DNA of 63,601 bases, counting the filler, from Klebsormidium nitens (taxonomy: Eukaryota; Plantae; Klebsormidiophyceae), in NCBI GenBank assembly GCA_000708835.1. It is 8 parts of 8 records of this genome, joined end to end, with 100 filler letters (N's around TTAATTAATTAA, not from the genome) between each part and the next. Parts side by side here need not be neighbours in the genome. Positions count along the whole stretch, not along the records: positions 25,708 to 38,467 come from DF238097.1; positions 38,568 to 45,361 come from DF238083.1; positions 45,462 to 52,811 come from DF238298.1; 5 more parts are not named here. One strand, 5' to 3'. Made by a program: the position numbers and the translations under genes. Below, piece after piece: positions 34,130-46,428 of the stretch. Position 1 is the stretch's first letter; each line of letters opens with the position of its first letter. Below the pieces are notes generated by a model. It ran no database searches. It was not told the origin of the DNA and saw nothing but the letters and a program-made list of their open reading frames with translations.

Positions 34130-34760
34130 GTGCGCGCGCAGCGGAATGCCGGCCGGGACGCACTGCAGCGGAACCGGGCCCGCTTGCGCACCGGAATGAG
34201 CATCGAGCTGGTATGACAGCTACGCACGCAACGGAACTGTCCCTTCGCTCAGTGCAAAAAAGTGTTGAAAACGGGCGCGCTGCGTCCGATTGGGCAACGA
34301 AGCAGCCGCGAGACGGCGGAACTGACCGGACGGCTGGATCACAAGCCCAACGGATCGGCCCGACTGAGCGTGAAATCGACTCGTTTACCAGCGGCACGCT
34401 GCGGTGGAACTGGGGCCCGTTCCGCACCGGAACGGGCCGCAACCTAAGCGGAACGGTACGCGCGTAACGGAACGGCTCGACTGAGTGTGCACCGGAACGG
34501 CCGATTAGGGCGATGTTGCACCACAAATGGGCCCTATTTTAAAATGGCAAGGGCCGCAAGCAAGCGCAACCGATCCGCTGAGCTTCGCGCACAACGGAAC
34601 ATCACTGCTGGGTGTGCAGCGGAACGGTCAACCCGGGCAGACTTCAGAGGAATTATGATTCAATTCGAACCGCTACGGGGCCGCCAGCCAGGCGGAACGG
34701 ATCAGCTGAAGCTCACTAAGGACCGGCATCCGGGACACGTCCGACTTGCTGACGACGATC
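34130..34760. repeat. Same GCGGAACGG tandem repeat upstream of paralogue 3
   Basis: Repeats of GCAGCGGAACCGGGCCCG...GCACCGGAA and ACGGAACGGCTCGACTGAG, ending with CCGGCATCCGGGAC as in the other copies. Confidence 0.75.
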
Positions 34761-35614
34761 AGGGAGCACTTCACGCCACCTTTTGACGTCAGCGATGCTC
34801 GGCCGGCCGTTCAATCCCTTACCGTCATTTTGTAGGTCGCCCAGTTTTTTTCCACGAGACTGACAGGGACGTTAGACTTGCTGAAGACGATGAGGAACAT
34901 TACACCACGTTAATTTCAGTTTGTTAGCTCGACCGGCTAATGCTCGGCCGTTCCGTTATCGATTTTTTTTGAACTCATGATCAATGCTAGAGCTACATCG
35001 CGGCCGCCCACTTTTCGCCACGGGATTGTCACGTTGTGGAGTCGGCCTTCATTCAAAATGCAAGGGGTTCGAAGATAGGCAAAAATGTTTCGTTATGAGC
35101 CGATATGAGTCTCGTGTGGCGCTATCGTGTGGTTTTTTTTCAGGCATACGGAAGTCCTCTCAAAATCTCCTGGGCCTCGACCGCTTTCCAAGGTCGAGCT
35201 TCTGAATCCACAGAAGTCAAATTCGTCGATTGTTGGCCCGCTTTAAAGGAACGCAGATCTTCTCGGCGATGCAAACCATGCGGCTTTCCGAGGTCCTGAG
35301 AGTCAGACGAAAGACCCTGACTTTGACTCCACATGTGAATCTTTGGAATAGTTCGCCGGCCTTCAGAGAGTTGGAGCAGTTTGAGTTCTGACCAAGCGAG
35401 TCATGTCTGCGCAATGCATGCTGCCGTTTCCTTCCTTAATCCATTTGCTCAAAACAGAAGCTGACCAGAATTGCTTTGCGTACATAAGCGAGATAGAAGA
35501 TTTCGGAACCATTCCTTCGCAGAGCGTTCTCCCCTCGCAAAAGCTCAGCTCAAGGAACCCAGAATCTCAAGGACGACAAAAACAACATTCTCTGTGAACG
35601 CGCTGTCTGTATGA

Positions 35615-37404
35615 ATGGCGTCCAGAACGATCTCCGCTCTCTTGGGCTTGCTCCTAGTGAGCGGAGAGGTGAGTCGCTCCGACCACTGAGCGAACCCCAA
35701 TTGCCGTTCTGACCTATTTGAAAAGGAAAAATCTGATACGTGGTACTGTCCTCTTGGTTAGAACCCTCCCAAGCCCGCGCAATTCTAAGGACGTGATACC
35801 AACCAACAAATTCAGATACGCCAAGGAAGTGGACCATCAATCGAAGATAAAGAGTGTCTGTCAAATGGACCTGTCAGAATTACTCCATAGAAATCCAGTA
35901 CGTCGCTCTTCGCAGGTTTGCGGCGCTCGTGAACAGGAGCAGGCAGGCGGGAACACGGGCAAATAATTGGGCGAGGTCAGCTCCGCTAGCTCGCGCGACT
36001 TTGCCGCCTCGAGCAAACCAGCTGACTATTCGCGCACTCCCGGCAGCGCGCGCACTTCCGTGGCCAGCTCGCGCAAGCTGCTGCAAGACGGTGCTGCCCA
36101 GGGCTCTACTAAGTTTTCTTTTATCTCATTGTGCGAGAATTTTTGTTTGGCCTGAATCGGTTCTAATTTGCATCGGGTTATGAGAGACTCGGTATATCTT
36201 TCTCAGACTTTACTCCCGTTCCACTTGAAACTTAGAACACGAGTCACCACGTTGAACCCCTGTAGAACGCTATTTGTGAAGACTTCGGATCAATTGAAAA
36301 GTGCAAGTTGCGCCGCGGTGATATCAAACTCGTAGACCGTCACGCTCTTATCATTCGACTCAGTGACTGTAAGTGTCCCTCAAGACCTCAGTCGATAAAA
36401 TGAAAAGGCAGACGAGTAAAACCTTTCTCGATTGATTCCTTCTGCTTTCCAATCAATTACTTTTAATTCCCGGACGAGTCCCAACCTACCAGCCAGATGG
36501 ATTTACGCGATTGCCCAGCTTCCAGAACTTGCTGCTTGAAAGGAACCGGCAGCGATTCGTACCGGTCATTGATCGTGGCGCGCCCTTCCCCTCGCAGGCC
36601 CTTTTTTCGACTGCAACGCTCAACTGAATATTACCAACGGGAGCGTCTGCTTGTTTCTCATAATGTACATAGGCGAATCCACTGCCTGCTGCCCGGGCCA
36701 ATCCTGCCCCACTTTGAATAACATTGAGTACATCGACTATTTCAACGGGCTTAGACACTTTGGCTGTGAACAGGCGCAGCCAATGGTTGCATCCCGGTCA
36801 GCCTTAACCCCACCTTCAACCCATATCCCGGGACCTCGGATTACCCCAAGTCCTACAGCTCCACCAACATCTCCGACCGGTACCCCAACCCCAACCCCAA
36901 CTCCCACCCAGACCCCGGCTCGCATTCCGACCGCTCCGGCCGTCGGCCCAACTTCCCCGGGCCCCTCGACCGGGCCCGGCCCAACCGCTTTTGCAGGCGC
37001 CCCAACTCCAGGGGCCGCTACAGGTACGTACCGGAAGCTTGTCTTTTTACTTACCTTGCTTGGTTGAAGGGCAGTGACGCGCACGAACCGGAGGGATCCC
37101 TCAGGAGTTGTAGGTTGTTCTTGCGACATTGCGGTCGTCGCCCTTTTGCCGGGGGCTCTTGAGGCTCTCGAAGGATGGCACCAAAGCACGTTTCCGAGTT
37201 CAGGGTCTAGAACTCCCCTCCCTGTGGTTTGCATAGGAAGTACTCGTCCTGACTCTTGCAATTCTGAGACATCGTTGACTATGGTTTAGGACACTCTTTT
37301 ATGGGAATTGACAATCTCGCTTTGAAATCGACAATGATGTACCTCGTCTTTCATTCCCGCACGCAGGTGGTGCACTCCCGACGGCTTTTCTTCCCGCCCG
37401 ATGA
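35615..37404 (+). pseudogene. Secreted Cys-rich/Pro-Thr-rich precursor, paralogue 3 (in-frame TAA)
   Basis: Exons 35615-35668 (MASRTISALLGLLLVSGE), 35916-~36090 (TAA at 35964-35966, then ...SSRKLLQD), 36598-37023 (DCN...SVC...ACCPGQSCP...PTPTPT), 37367-37404 (GALPTAFLPAR*). Confidence 0.7.
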
Positions 37405-38100
37405 TTCTCCCGAGCATGTTGGAGAGGCTCTTCAAGCTTCTAGTAGTTCGCATGTGTGGGCGTCCGTCCCTAGCGTATCGACCGAAAGTCGTTACGTCCC
37501 GTCGGCTCAAACTTTTACCGCGTCAGAAACGGTGCCGATTGCGCCGAGTCGTTTTAATTAGCTGTCTACACGCGCCTTTTAAAAGTTTGAAGCCTTTTGC
37601 ATTTTCGAAAGGATCAAGAGCTTGCAAAGAGACAAACAGATTCAGATCTGTGTCACATGATAATGATTATACACGAGGATTGGTGATTATACACGAGGAA
37701 TGGCGAACGTTTGGCACGTACAGATTCATGTTCGCAGTATTCAATCAAGCAACGGAAAAGCACTTGGGTGGCTTAAGGATGTCGTCTATTTCAAAGGAAA
37801 TACAACGTCTCGAGCCGAAAGACGTAGTCGATCACTGGACGTATCAATCACTGCACAGTATCTCGTTATACGAACTCCGCCAGCCTGAGTGGCGACCAAC
37901 TCCAGCGAGGTGCCATTCTTGTGTCGCCCACCAAGAAGCGCACCACTTTGATCGTCAACCCAGCGTGTACTGCGCAGCGCGGCGAAGCGCGGCACGTGTC
38001 GCGCACGATCTGACTCATCGCGGCCGCGTGCACTGCCGTCGCGGCACCGAATAGCGGATCAGCAGGAAGTAATCTTAACGGATTCTGGTTCCCGGCCAAC

Positions 38101-40108
38101 TTAGCCGTCGCAGGAGCAGTTCACGTTGACGGGCGGCACGACGAGGTGCGCGGGCGCGTCGGCGTTTGTGGCCGCGACGGCTGGGTTGAAGTAGGTAGTC
38201 AACGGCACCGCAACAGAGGTTAACGAAGGCGGGACAAAAAGCGACGAGAGGAAGCCGCCGATATTGATTTTAAGCCAACCCAGTGCAAGTCTGTGAGCCC
38301 CAGACTTTGAAGAACGAAGGCCTGAGTGGACATAGCTTCCCTTGAGACTGGCCAGCCTACCGACCCTCGAGCAAACCGAAATTTTATGCCCCATCAAAAG
38401 CTGCGGGAGCGCGCTCGCGCACGCTAAGTCGCTTCGAGGCGATAGTATGCGCTGCAGGGTTTGTGTGNNNNNNNNNNNNNNNNNNNNNNNNNNNNNNNNN
38501 NNNNNNNNNNNTTAATTAATTAANNNNNNNNNNNNNNNNNNNNNNNNNNNNNNNNNNNNNNNNNNNNTTGGGCGGTGGCGGATTAGGAGGAGGGTTAGGA
38601 GGGGGCGGGTTAGGCGGCGGGTTAGGCGGGGGTGGTTTGGGTGGCGGTGGGTTTGGGAGAGGATTGGGGGCCGGATTGGGAGGTGGATCTGTAGGACAGA
38701 AGCAGAAGAACACTGTTCCTTTTTCTACCCCTGAGCTAGAAAGTCGTACTTTTAGCAATGGTAAAATAATCAAAAGCGCCAAGTCCTGAAACTAGAAGGT
38801 CGCTCGCGCATCATTTGTATTGGGTATATCAGGGTATACGTTCATGACTTTCTAGCTGCTCAAGTCTTGGATTCTGTCAAGGACGCCTTTATACTTCAAT
38901 GTCGAAGTCGGTAGCTCAAGCGGCAGGCGTTCTATCTCTCCCCAGATTTTGACGCGGGCGTTCCGTACCAGATGCTTCAACGGGGTAAATAAGAGTCCAC
39001 TACCTTCCTGGCTGCAACGATGTCAATTATGATCAGTCGACAGAACGACCAACGTATCGTGAATCAGAACCGTGATAATCACTTGTAGATGGCAGGCCAC
39101 AGCATCCCAACCTGCTGGACTTCGCAACGAGTCAGAATCTAACTACCCTTTGCTCCTGCATCGTTTTCATCCTCACCAGAACTCCCCGTCTCACGGACTC
39201 AAATCCGGTCTGAGATCCCTCGCACTCAGCCATCCTCATTCAGCATCAAAAACCACCATGGCCATGACCATTGATCCAAGCTGAGACATTGCAAGCCCCT
39301 TCTTAAGGTCAGTTTGTGTCAGCACGATGCTGGCTGCGCGTACATTCGCCAGAGTCAGACTCGATGTTTGCAGTGACATCTGTACTTCGAGCATCAAAAA
39401 CCACCAGTATCGTGGCTCCTGCTCACTCTGAATAAGAATGTACGAGTCCACATTCCCAGACCCGGCCCCGGTCATTTGGTACTTGGCGTAGCAGCACTTT
39501 TCCCAGTCCGTCGTCACTTCGAATCCCGCGCAGTTCGGGTACGAGAGGCACACGGCCGCGCACTGTGACGGGGTGGAGGACTGGTACCCCCCCCCCCAGC
39601 ACTGCCCGGTGTTGCTTAGCAGGTCGTGCCCCGCGTAGTCCGTGCCCGGAACCTTGGTCCAGTAGTTGGACCCGATTTGGACGACTGCGAGGGGACGTCA
39701 TTTTGGCTTAGTAGTTCAAAAGTGTGTCACTACACTGCAGATTAGACTCTTCTCGCGGAAGTGTGTCTTAAAATGGAGTCGCCCCACTGCGTAGTTTTGT
39801 AAGGCAAGCCAGCTGTTGCGTAACGTTTCTCTCGTTCAATGAACGCAAGAGGTAGGCTGTGGGGATCGGGTGGGGGCTGCCGGTGCCTCTCACCAATCCG
39901 GGCCCAGTCCGCCAAGATACAAGCCAGAAGTTTTAATCCACAAGCGAGCTGATATTTCCGAAAGCAGAAGCCCAACACTTCAATCCAAACAAGCGGGCAT
40001 GACGAGCTCACCTTGCGCTTCTGCCGATGGGGGCACAAGCAGGAGGACCAACACCCCAAGTGCAAAGCGCCAACCGGCCAGCCACTCCCTTTGCGGAGCG
40101 TGCCGCAT
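38101..40108 (-). CDS. Secreted PAN/apple-domain + polyproline (PPPNP) cell-wall-type protein
   Basis: Exon 40108-40012 (MRHAPQREWLAGWRFALGVLVLLLVPPSAEAQ, signal peptide); exon 39684-39427 (GTDYAGHDLL..C..QCAAVCLSYPNCAGF..KCCYAK, PAN); exon from 38688 (PPPNP repeats into gap); probable last exon ~38230-38101 ending NCSCDG*. Intron phases are consistent (1,1). Confidence 0.7.
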
Positions 40109-42744
40109 TGTCTCCCGTTTGGAGACAGCCCAAACAATGATCAACGAAATCATGGCTCAACTGCGGAAGCTGGTCCGATGGGGATCCAAAAGGGGGATCT
40201 GATTTCGAAAGGCATCCCTACTGCGCTCTTCCCTTGTGGGCGGCGCATCCATCAAACTTGTCCTAGTAGCCGAGATTACTTGGGTTCTGGAGAGAACCCC
40301 TTCTCAGCTCACGAGTGGACTTTTCCAAATGATGCGGCGCTGTTTCGCAAAACGTGTCTCCTGCCCCACAATTCTTGCAGCAACTTTTGAACAAAAGTCC
40401 GATCAATTTTGGGTTGCTGCAAAGGTGACCCAAATGACTTGACATACTAAGGGGGTATGGGCTGAGGTAATCAGTCCGCCAGAAGAGGCATGTTCTCAAT
40501 GTTCCCCCAAAGGTGGCCTCGCTTACAAATCTCTCCCCCTTGCTGACCTGAGTTAAGCTGAATAAGAGTCATTTGGGCCTGCACTTGATTTAACCGCTGA
40601 GGATTCATTGTATGCATTTTAAACGCCAGAGATCTCGTCCGACCTGTTGCAGACGACGCTCAATATGTGCACTGTCCATTAAGCTTTTGCAAGTAGACCG
40701 CCACTATCAATCTGAAGTTTGCCCTCTCACTTCATGACGCATATTGAGCCTGTACCTAAGAGATATCCTTGACCTAGAGCTCAAAGGGTGAGTTACACCA
40801 GCTGACCAGGCTTTCATGGAGCCCTTCTGCTCTGATGTAAGCACTTTTACAGCAGATGAGGACTTTGAATGTTGTATCTCCTAAGCAAAGTAAGACTGAG
40901 AGGGCCCGGTATTGCCTTCATACTAGCTGGACTACCCTCAAGCATCATCCTTCAGCTGAAACTAGTTTATCCGCTTCATGCGTCGAGCTCATGAGTAAGG
41001 TCATAGTCACTATCTGCAGCTTTCAAGGGGGAGGATGATCCTAGCTGACTTGTTAGTTTTATCAGAATTTTAGCCTGGTCCTGCCATCCAAATCTTGCTC
41101 AGCTCTGTCAGCAAAGCTAACACGTGGTCTAATACTCTTCTAATCTTTAATCTGTAGCCGGACATCCGAGATAAGAGCGGCTGGGAAACTTTAGCAGAAC
41201 GTCAAGTAGCACGCTACAGTAGCCGCGTCGAAGCCGGCCTCGTAAGAGACAGCTAGGTAGAATCTCAGAGCTGAATTCAGGTACGGTAGGTAAACAAGAA
41301 GAGCCTGAACAAAGCAAGCCCTAGCCTAAGCGTCTACCCCTGCGGACTTCGGTATTGCCGTGGGTAGGAACACTCCGTGAGAGTTTTTGGCATGCCATTT
41401 TCTTGCTGTTCTGTGTGCGCCCTGAGCGTACGCGTTATTGAAAAAGGCGAAGCCATCGTATTGGTGTCGTGCAAGGCCGCCGTACGACGTCTGAAAGTAT
41501 ATGGCGACCGCCTGCCCGGCACCTTCCCTTGCGTGTCCGCCCTTTCACCCTTATAAGTCTGGCGAATCTTTGCGCGAGGGGAATGTGGGGAACACGCAAT
41601 TCCCGGAGGTGCACATAGGGCGTTTAAAAGTTGGTGTACGGCATCGGCGACCTTAACCATCCGATGGGACGCCTGATATATCGGCTTTGCAGAATTCTGG
41701 TACAGTGGGTTTCGGACCGTCTTGTCGTATTGGGCGCTCAAAGCGGGTCGGCCGCCTGTCGCAGGTCGTGCGATTGGGATTCGCACGTGTGTCAAACAGT
41801 CGCAGGCCGTCGATCGGTCTCTTTTCAATTTCAGGGGGAACGGCAGTCCCCTTGGTAAGGCCGTCCGAATTTGATTGCCAGTTTCCTGTCCCCGACCGAC
41901 CCGAATTCTGAGAAATAACCGAGTCGGGTGATAAAACATTTTGATAATCTGGATTTTTCAAGTGGCTATCTTCGAGCAAAAACTTGACGTTTGGTCCACG
42001 TTTGAGACACGAAAAGGTTAGTACCTCGAATTTCTGTCCAACTCACAAACTCAAGTGAACAAATCTGACGCAAATCAAAGCAAAACCGTGTGGTACGAAC
42101 CGGGAGAGCCCTTATGTGAGTTATATTGGTCCGGTAACGCTGCTCATCTGGCAGATTAACCCTTACCATTTATCAGGGAATATTTATCAGAATGTTCCGA
42201 CCGACCGACCCATCCCCGGAGGGGGTGGACAGGAAACCGGAAATAAAATTCGGATGGCCTAAGCTCCGGTTGAGTTGACGAGGTGGGTCTGTCCCACGTG
42301 GCTGGCGGCACAAAGCGCATCAAAGCCACCCGACCGTAAGATATTAACACTGTTTTAGACTTCTATATCGAACGGCTGAGATCAATGCCGAGTGCAGCAC
42401 CGCGTGCTGCCAATCTAGTTAATTTCCATGGCCCTGCTTGGGTATACCTAGGACTAGTGACGATCGACCGACTCGATCAGAGTGACAGAGTCGGACTATG
42501 AGAAAGCACAGTCGACAATTAGGCTAACAGCCTGTGAGAGTATGGGTGCTCGCGCGTTTGCACCTCCCGAGCCAGTGAAATCGACGGCTAAGACGCCGCA
42601 GCCCTGCCGCGGTTTCCACTTCGCGGTCGTTCGAAGTCATGATGTGATCATCGGCCGGATACGTGACCGGAGCTGCGGCTCCCGTGCTGACTGCGGTCCG
42701 ATGACCGCAAGGGGACCTTCGGTCCCCCCCGACANNNGCGCGCG

Positions 42745-42828
42745 TCGTCCGTCCGTCCGTCCGTCCGTCCGTCCGTCCGTCCGTCCGTCCGTCCGTCCGT
42801 CCGTCGTCGTCGTCGTCGTCGTCGTCGT
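42745..42828. repeat. Compound (GTCC)n-(GTC)n microsatellite running into a gap
   Basis: Read directly. Confidence 0.9.
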
Positions 42829-43194
42829 NNNNNNNNNNNNNNNNNNNNNNNNNNNNNNNNNNNNNNNNNNNNNNNNNNNNNNNNNNNNNNNNNNNNNNNN
42901 NNNNNNNNNNNNNNNNNNNNNNNNNNNNNNNNNNNNNNNNNNNNNNNNNNNNNNNNNNNNNNNNNNNNNNNNNNNNNNNNNNNNNNNNNNNNNNNNNNNN
43001 NNNNNNNNNNNNNNNNNNNNNNNNNNNNNNNNNNNNNNNNNNNNNNNNNNGGCCGCCCCGACCCCCCCTTTTCGTCTTTTTCGTCGCCCCGACCTACTGA
43101 ATTTTTCGGCGCCCTCGGCGACGTGTTTGAGAGGGAGGGGCCCCCAGCCTGGGACTGGAAGGTACGGTCTGTACTTTGAACTCTCCCTTCATGC

Positions 43195-45325
43195 AGGCGG
43201 ACCGTAAAATGGTGAAACGGTTTGGGCGAGCACAAGAATTGCAGCGCTGCCGAGCAGAGTGCGACTGCAAAAATCAACGGCCGGAGATGTGTCGTTTGTC
43301 CAGCGGTCTGCCTGAAAAGGATTTTGAGAACGTGCACTGCCAAGGTTCTGCAGCCCTTAGGCAGAACTTGCAGATCGAGTTCCTAAATCAGATGGACTGT
43401 AGCGCTGCACTTTCGAGCATCGCTATTTGTTGATTCCAATGCTTATTGAGCTGGTTAAAGGCATACAGGTTCGTGCAGTATTGTCCCAAGTCGGAGATTG
43501 TCAAAGGCCGTGAAAGAGCGTGACTGATGATATTGACGGCCTGATACGTTAGCATCTGCCGCTCGCCATGCCCGGCACTCCTCTCCGGGACTGTACTCCG
43601 TTCTGGGAGATCGCGTCCCAAACGTTCAGAAAGTTTTGGGCTAGATTTGACGTACGCTAGGCCTGATACTTTTAAGAGCTTTTTTGAACAAAGCCATTCT
43701 TTAAAGCTTTTCTTTTTTTTCTGTGCAGGAGGACGAGGGCTGTTGGGGCTGGACCCGGGACCCACCACCCAGCCAGCACAGCGCGCCCCAAAATCCCCGA
43801 GGGAAGCGAAAAACGGCCACGCAAGGTGAGTTGAGAGTGACTCAGAAGATGATCCAAGTTGCCAACATACAATGGGTCGAGGTTGTCTTCACCTCTCATT
43901 CTGCATCAGCAAGCACTGGTCACCAAGTTTGGTTCAAATGGGTCGTTCTTTTGCAAATGTTAGATACAAACGGCTCCTCTCTGAATTGGTCGTATGCCTA
44001 CTTGCTATCCGCTTTGATTCCTGGCGGTCCACCTGGAAGTCGAGACTTTGCAGGAGCAGCGGACGTATAGCAGGACCTTGGGAATCCGCTCATCAATCAA
44101 GCTTCAGAAACTCCTTATTACTCCACGCTAGGTTCTTGCTTCGATTGTAAGGTGTATCGTCGTAACGGTTTCCGGCTGTTTCACATGTTTCACGCTCCTC
44201 CCTAATGCTGTTCACGATTCTTTCTGGCTTGTTAGGATCCCGACTTTTGTTAAGGAGGGTTCGAGCGACCCTTTGCTTCAACCTGCTCTTCTCAGCGCAT
44301 CTGGAGCAGTCTGTCTCGACCAGGTCTGGTAGTGCCGGAACTAGAGCCGGGGTGGATCTGAGAAGCTCCTCAGTCAAAGCGGACTCTTCCTCCTTCACGT
44401 TCAGCGGACTCGCTTGGCCTTTCGTGACAAACACGTTTGTTTTTCTGTGCAGTTACTGTCGTCGAGTACGATGCTCCGTCCCCGAGGGACATCGCCCCGT
44501 CCGCGTCAAATAACGGCGGCCCTTCAGAGGCCGACTCCGACGATGACGTCAGCAACCTGCGGCCCGCCGCAAGAGCTGGCCAAGCTGACGTCACTCCGAC
44601 CATAGACGCGTCTCCGGCCCCTGACGTCAGTGCGTCCGAAACGGAGCCTCTGGAAGACGTCCTGTCCGGCAGGAGCCCGATGACGTCAGCGCTGACGATG
44701 CTGATGACGTCAGCGCTGGGGACGACAGCGTCAGCGTTGGGAGAGCTGGCGCCGGCAGCGGGTTTTGGGGGCCGAAGCCTTGGAGGCTGACGTCACGGGC
44801 TCTTCGGAAGTAGAACGGGCAGACGACTCGGGAGCGCAGGCGGACACGCTTTTGGGCGGGGCACCGAGCGCGGGGCTTGAAACGGAGGGGATCGAGGCCT
44901 GGGCAAACAGCGGTGTCAAGAAACTGGGGGGAGACATGCTGCAGGCGGAGTTGACACCAGACGGTGAGAAGCCGGACGAAGTATTGGTGGAACAGTCCGG
45001 TGTGGAGAAGAGAAGAGGGGGACTGCTGCCGGTGGACTTGACACCAGAATCGGGTGCGGAGGCTACCCGAGCGGCCTCTCCTCTCCGACCCCAAAAGCTC
45101 CAATTCTCGGACGTTGACGTCAATCAGAAAGAGGCCCCGGTTGCGCATCTGGGGGAGCAACTGAACGGTGGTGTCAAGGAGCAGAGCAGCAACTCACTGC
45201 CGAAGGCGTTGACACCACTTCGCGGCGGCTTAGGCGGCGAGTCCTCTGGGGAGCGGCCCCCGGTGCAATACGGAGTGCAGACGGTCACGAGTATGCGGCA
45301 CGCAAAATTGTTAGCTGCGACCTAA
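43195..45325 (+). CDS. Possible spliced, acidic low-complexity protein (frameshifted near 44765)
   Basis: Candidate exons ~43195-43343, 43729-43825 (CAG...AAG|GTGAGT) and 44451 onward; overlapping ORFs 44437-44790 and 44765-45325 are both Ala/Asp/Glu/Ser-rich. Confidence 0.35.
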
Positions 45326-45843
45326 GTGCGACACGAAGTCATAATGGAGTTGTAAGGTTTANNNNNNNNNNNNNNNNNNNNNNNNNNNNNNNNNNNNNNN
45401 NNNNNTTAATTAATTAANNNNNNNNNNNNNNNNNNNNNNNNNNNNNNNNNNNNNNNNNNNNTTCGGTTCGATGATCACCCCTGTTCTACTTTGGCGGCTG
45501 CTACTGCGGAAAGATGTTCGATGACGTCAAAGCAATAGCTGAAGTATAGCTAAAATTTAGTAACTAAATAGACCCTATCTATCGATCGCAACCGGGAAGC
45601 ATGCCCTGAAAATGCTGTATTGCGCCTGCCTCGCGCAAATTGTTGGTTGAGTACATAGCGGTTATGAAAACCATTTGAAAGGGTTTGACAAACCAAGGTT
45701 TTGCCAGACCTTGATGCTGCCCCCATGTGAGGATGTAGCAGGAGATAGTCCTAGGTGGTGAGAAGCATCCTGACAGCAAGCCAGGGCGGCCAAACTACCA
45801 TAGCCTCATCGAAGATTCAGCATTACAAGGCATCCCTCAAAAC

Positions 45844-46428
45844 ATGGCATTCCGTGGAGGCAGAGCGCTCGTGCAGGTGCTCCGCAACCTGGCGGCCTCA
45901 TCGTCGCCTGCAGCGCATTCTAGTTCTGTGACCAGTCAGTGCGGGGCAGCTCTCTCTCCCTGCCTCGAAACCAGTTCTCAGTGGATGCATGCAAGGACTG
46001 TGTCCACAAGATCATGGACGTTGATGCAGTCTGCTGCTCCCGAGGGGGGACCTGCGGCGGGCAAAGCAGAGAGCCATCAGGTGAACCCGACCAACCAGAG
46101 GGAGGGCCAGCAGGGAAGCGCACCGAATGTCGCCGCTGACATAAGGGCGTCCCATGATTCGGGGCCCGCTTCTGGCAAGGAGAAGAGCTTCGAGGTCAAT
46201 CCGACAAACCATGGGGAGAGTCAGCAGGGAAGCGCGCCGAATGTGGCAGCGGATGAGGGGATGGTGAAGGGTGGGGCTGCTGGGGGTGGCGTGGAAGCAG
46301 GGGGGGAGGACGAAGACGAACCAGTCAGTAACCGGAACCCAGTCACGGGAGAGATTGGGGGACCTCGGGGGCCGGAGCCTACGCGTTTTGGAGATTGGGA
46401 GAAGGGAGGCCGATGTACAGACTTCTAA
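45844..46428 (+). CDS. SDHAF4: Succinate dehydrogenase assembly factor 4 (DUF1674 family), mitochondrial
   Basis: N-terminal Arg/Ala/Ser-rich transit-peptide-like sequence; diagnostic C-terminus NPVTGEIGGPRGPEPTRFGDWEKGGRCTDF. Confidence 0.92.
   Translation: MAFRGGRALVQVLRNLAASSSPAAHSSSVTSQCGAALSPCLETSSQWMHARTVSTRSWTLMQSAAPEGGPAAGKAESHQVNPTNQREGQQGSAPNVAADIRASHDSGPASGKEKSFEVNPTNHGESQQGSAPNVAADEGMVKGGAAGGGVEAGGEDEDEPVSNRNPVTGEIGGPRGPEPTRFGDWEKGGRCTDF

Noticed and set aside
38101-38230. VVPPVNVNCSC as a LysM-receptor-like signature
   Set aside because: Only a short resemblance; the upstream sequence is lost in a gap and no LysM motif is visible.
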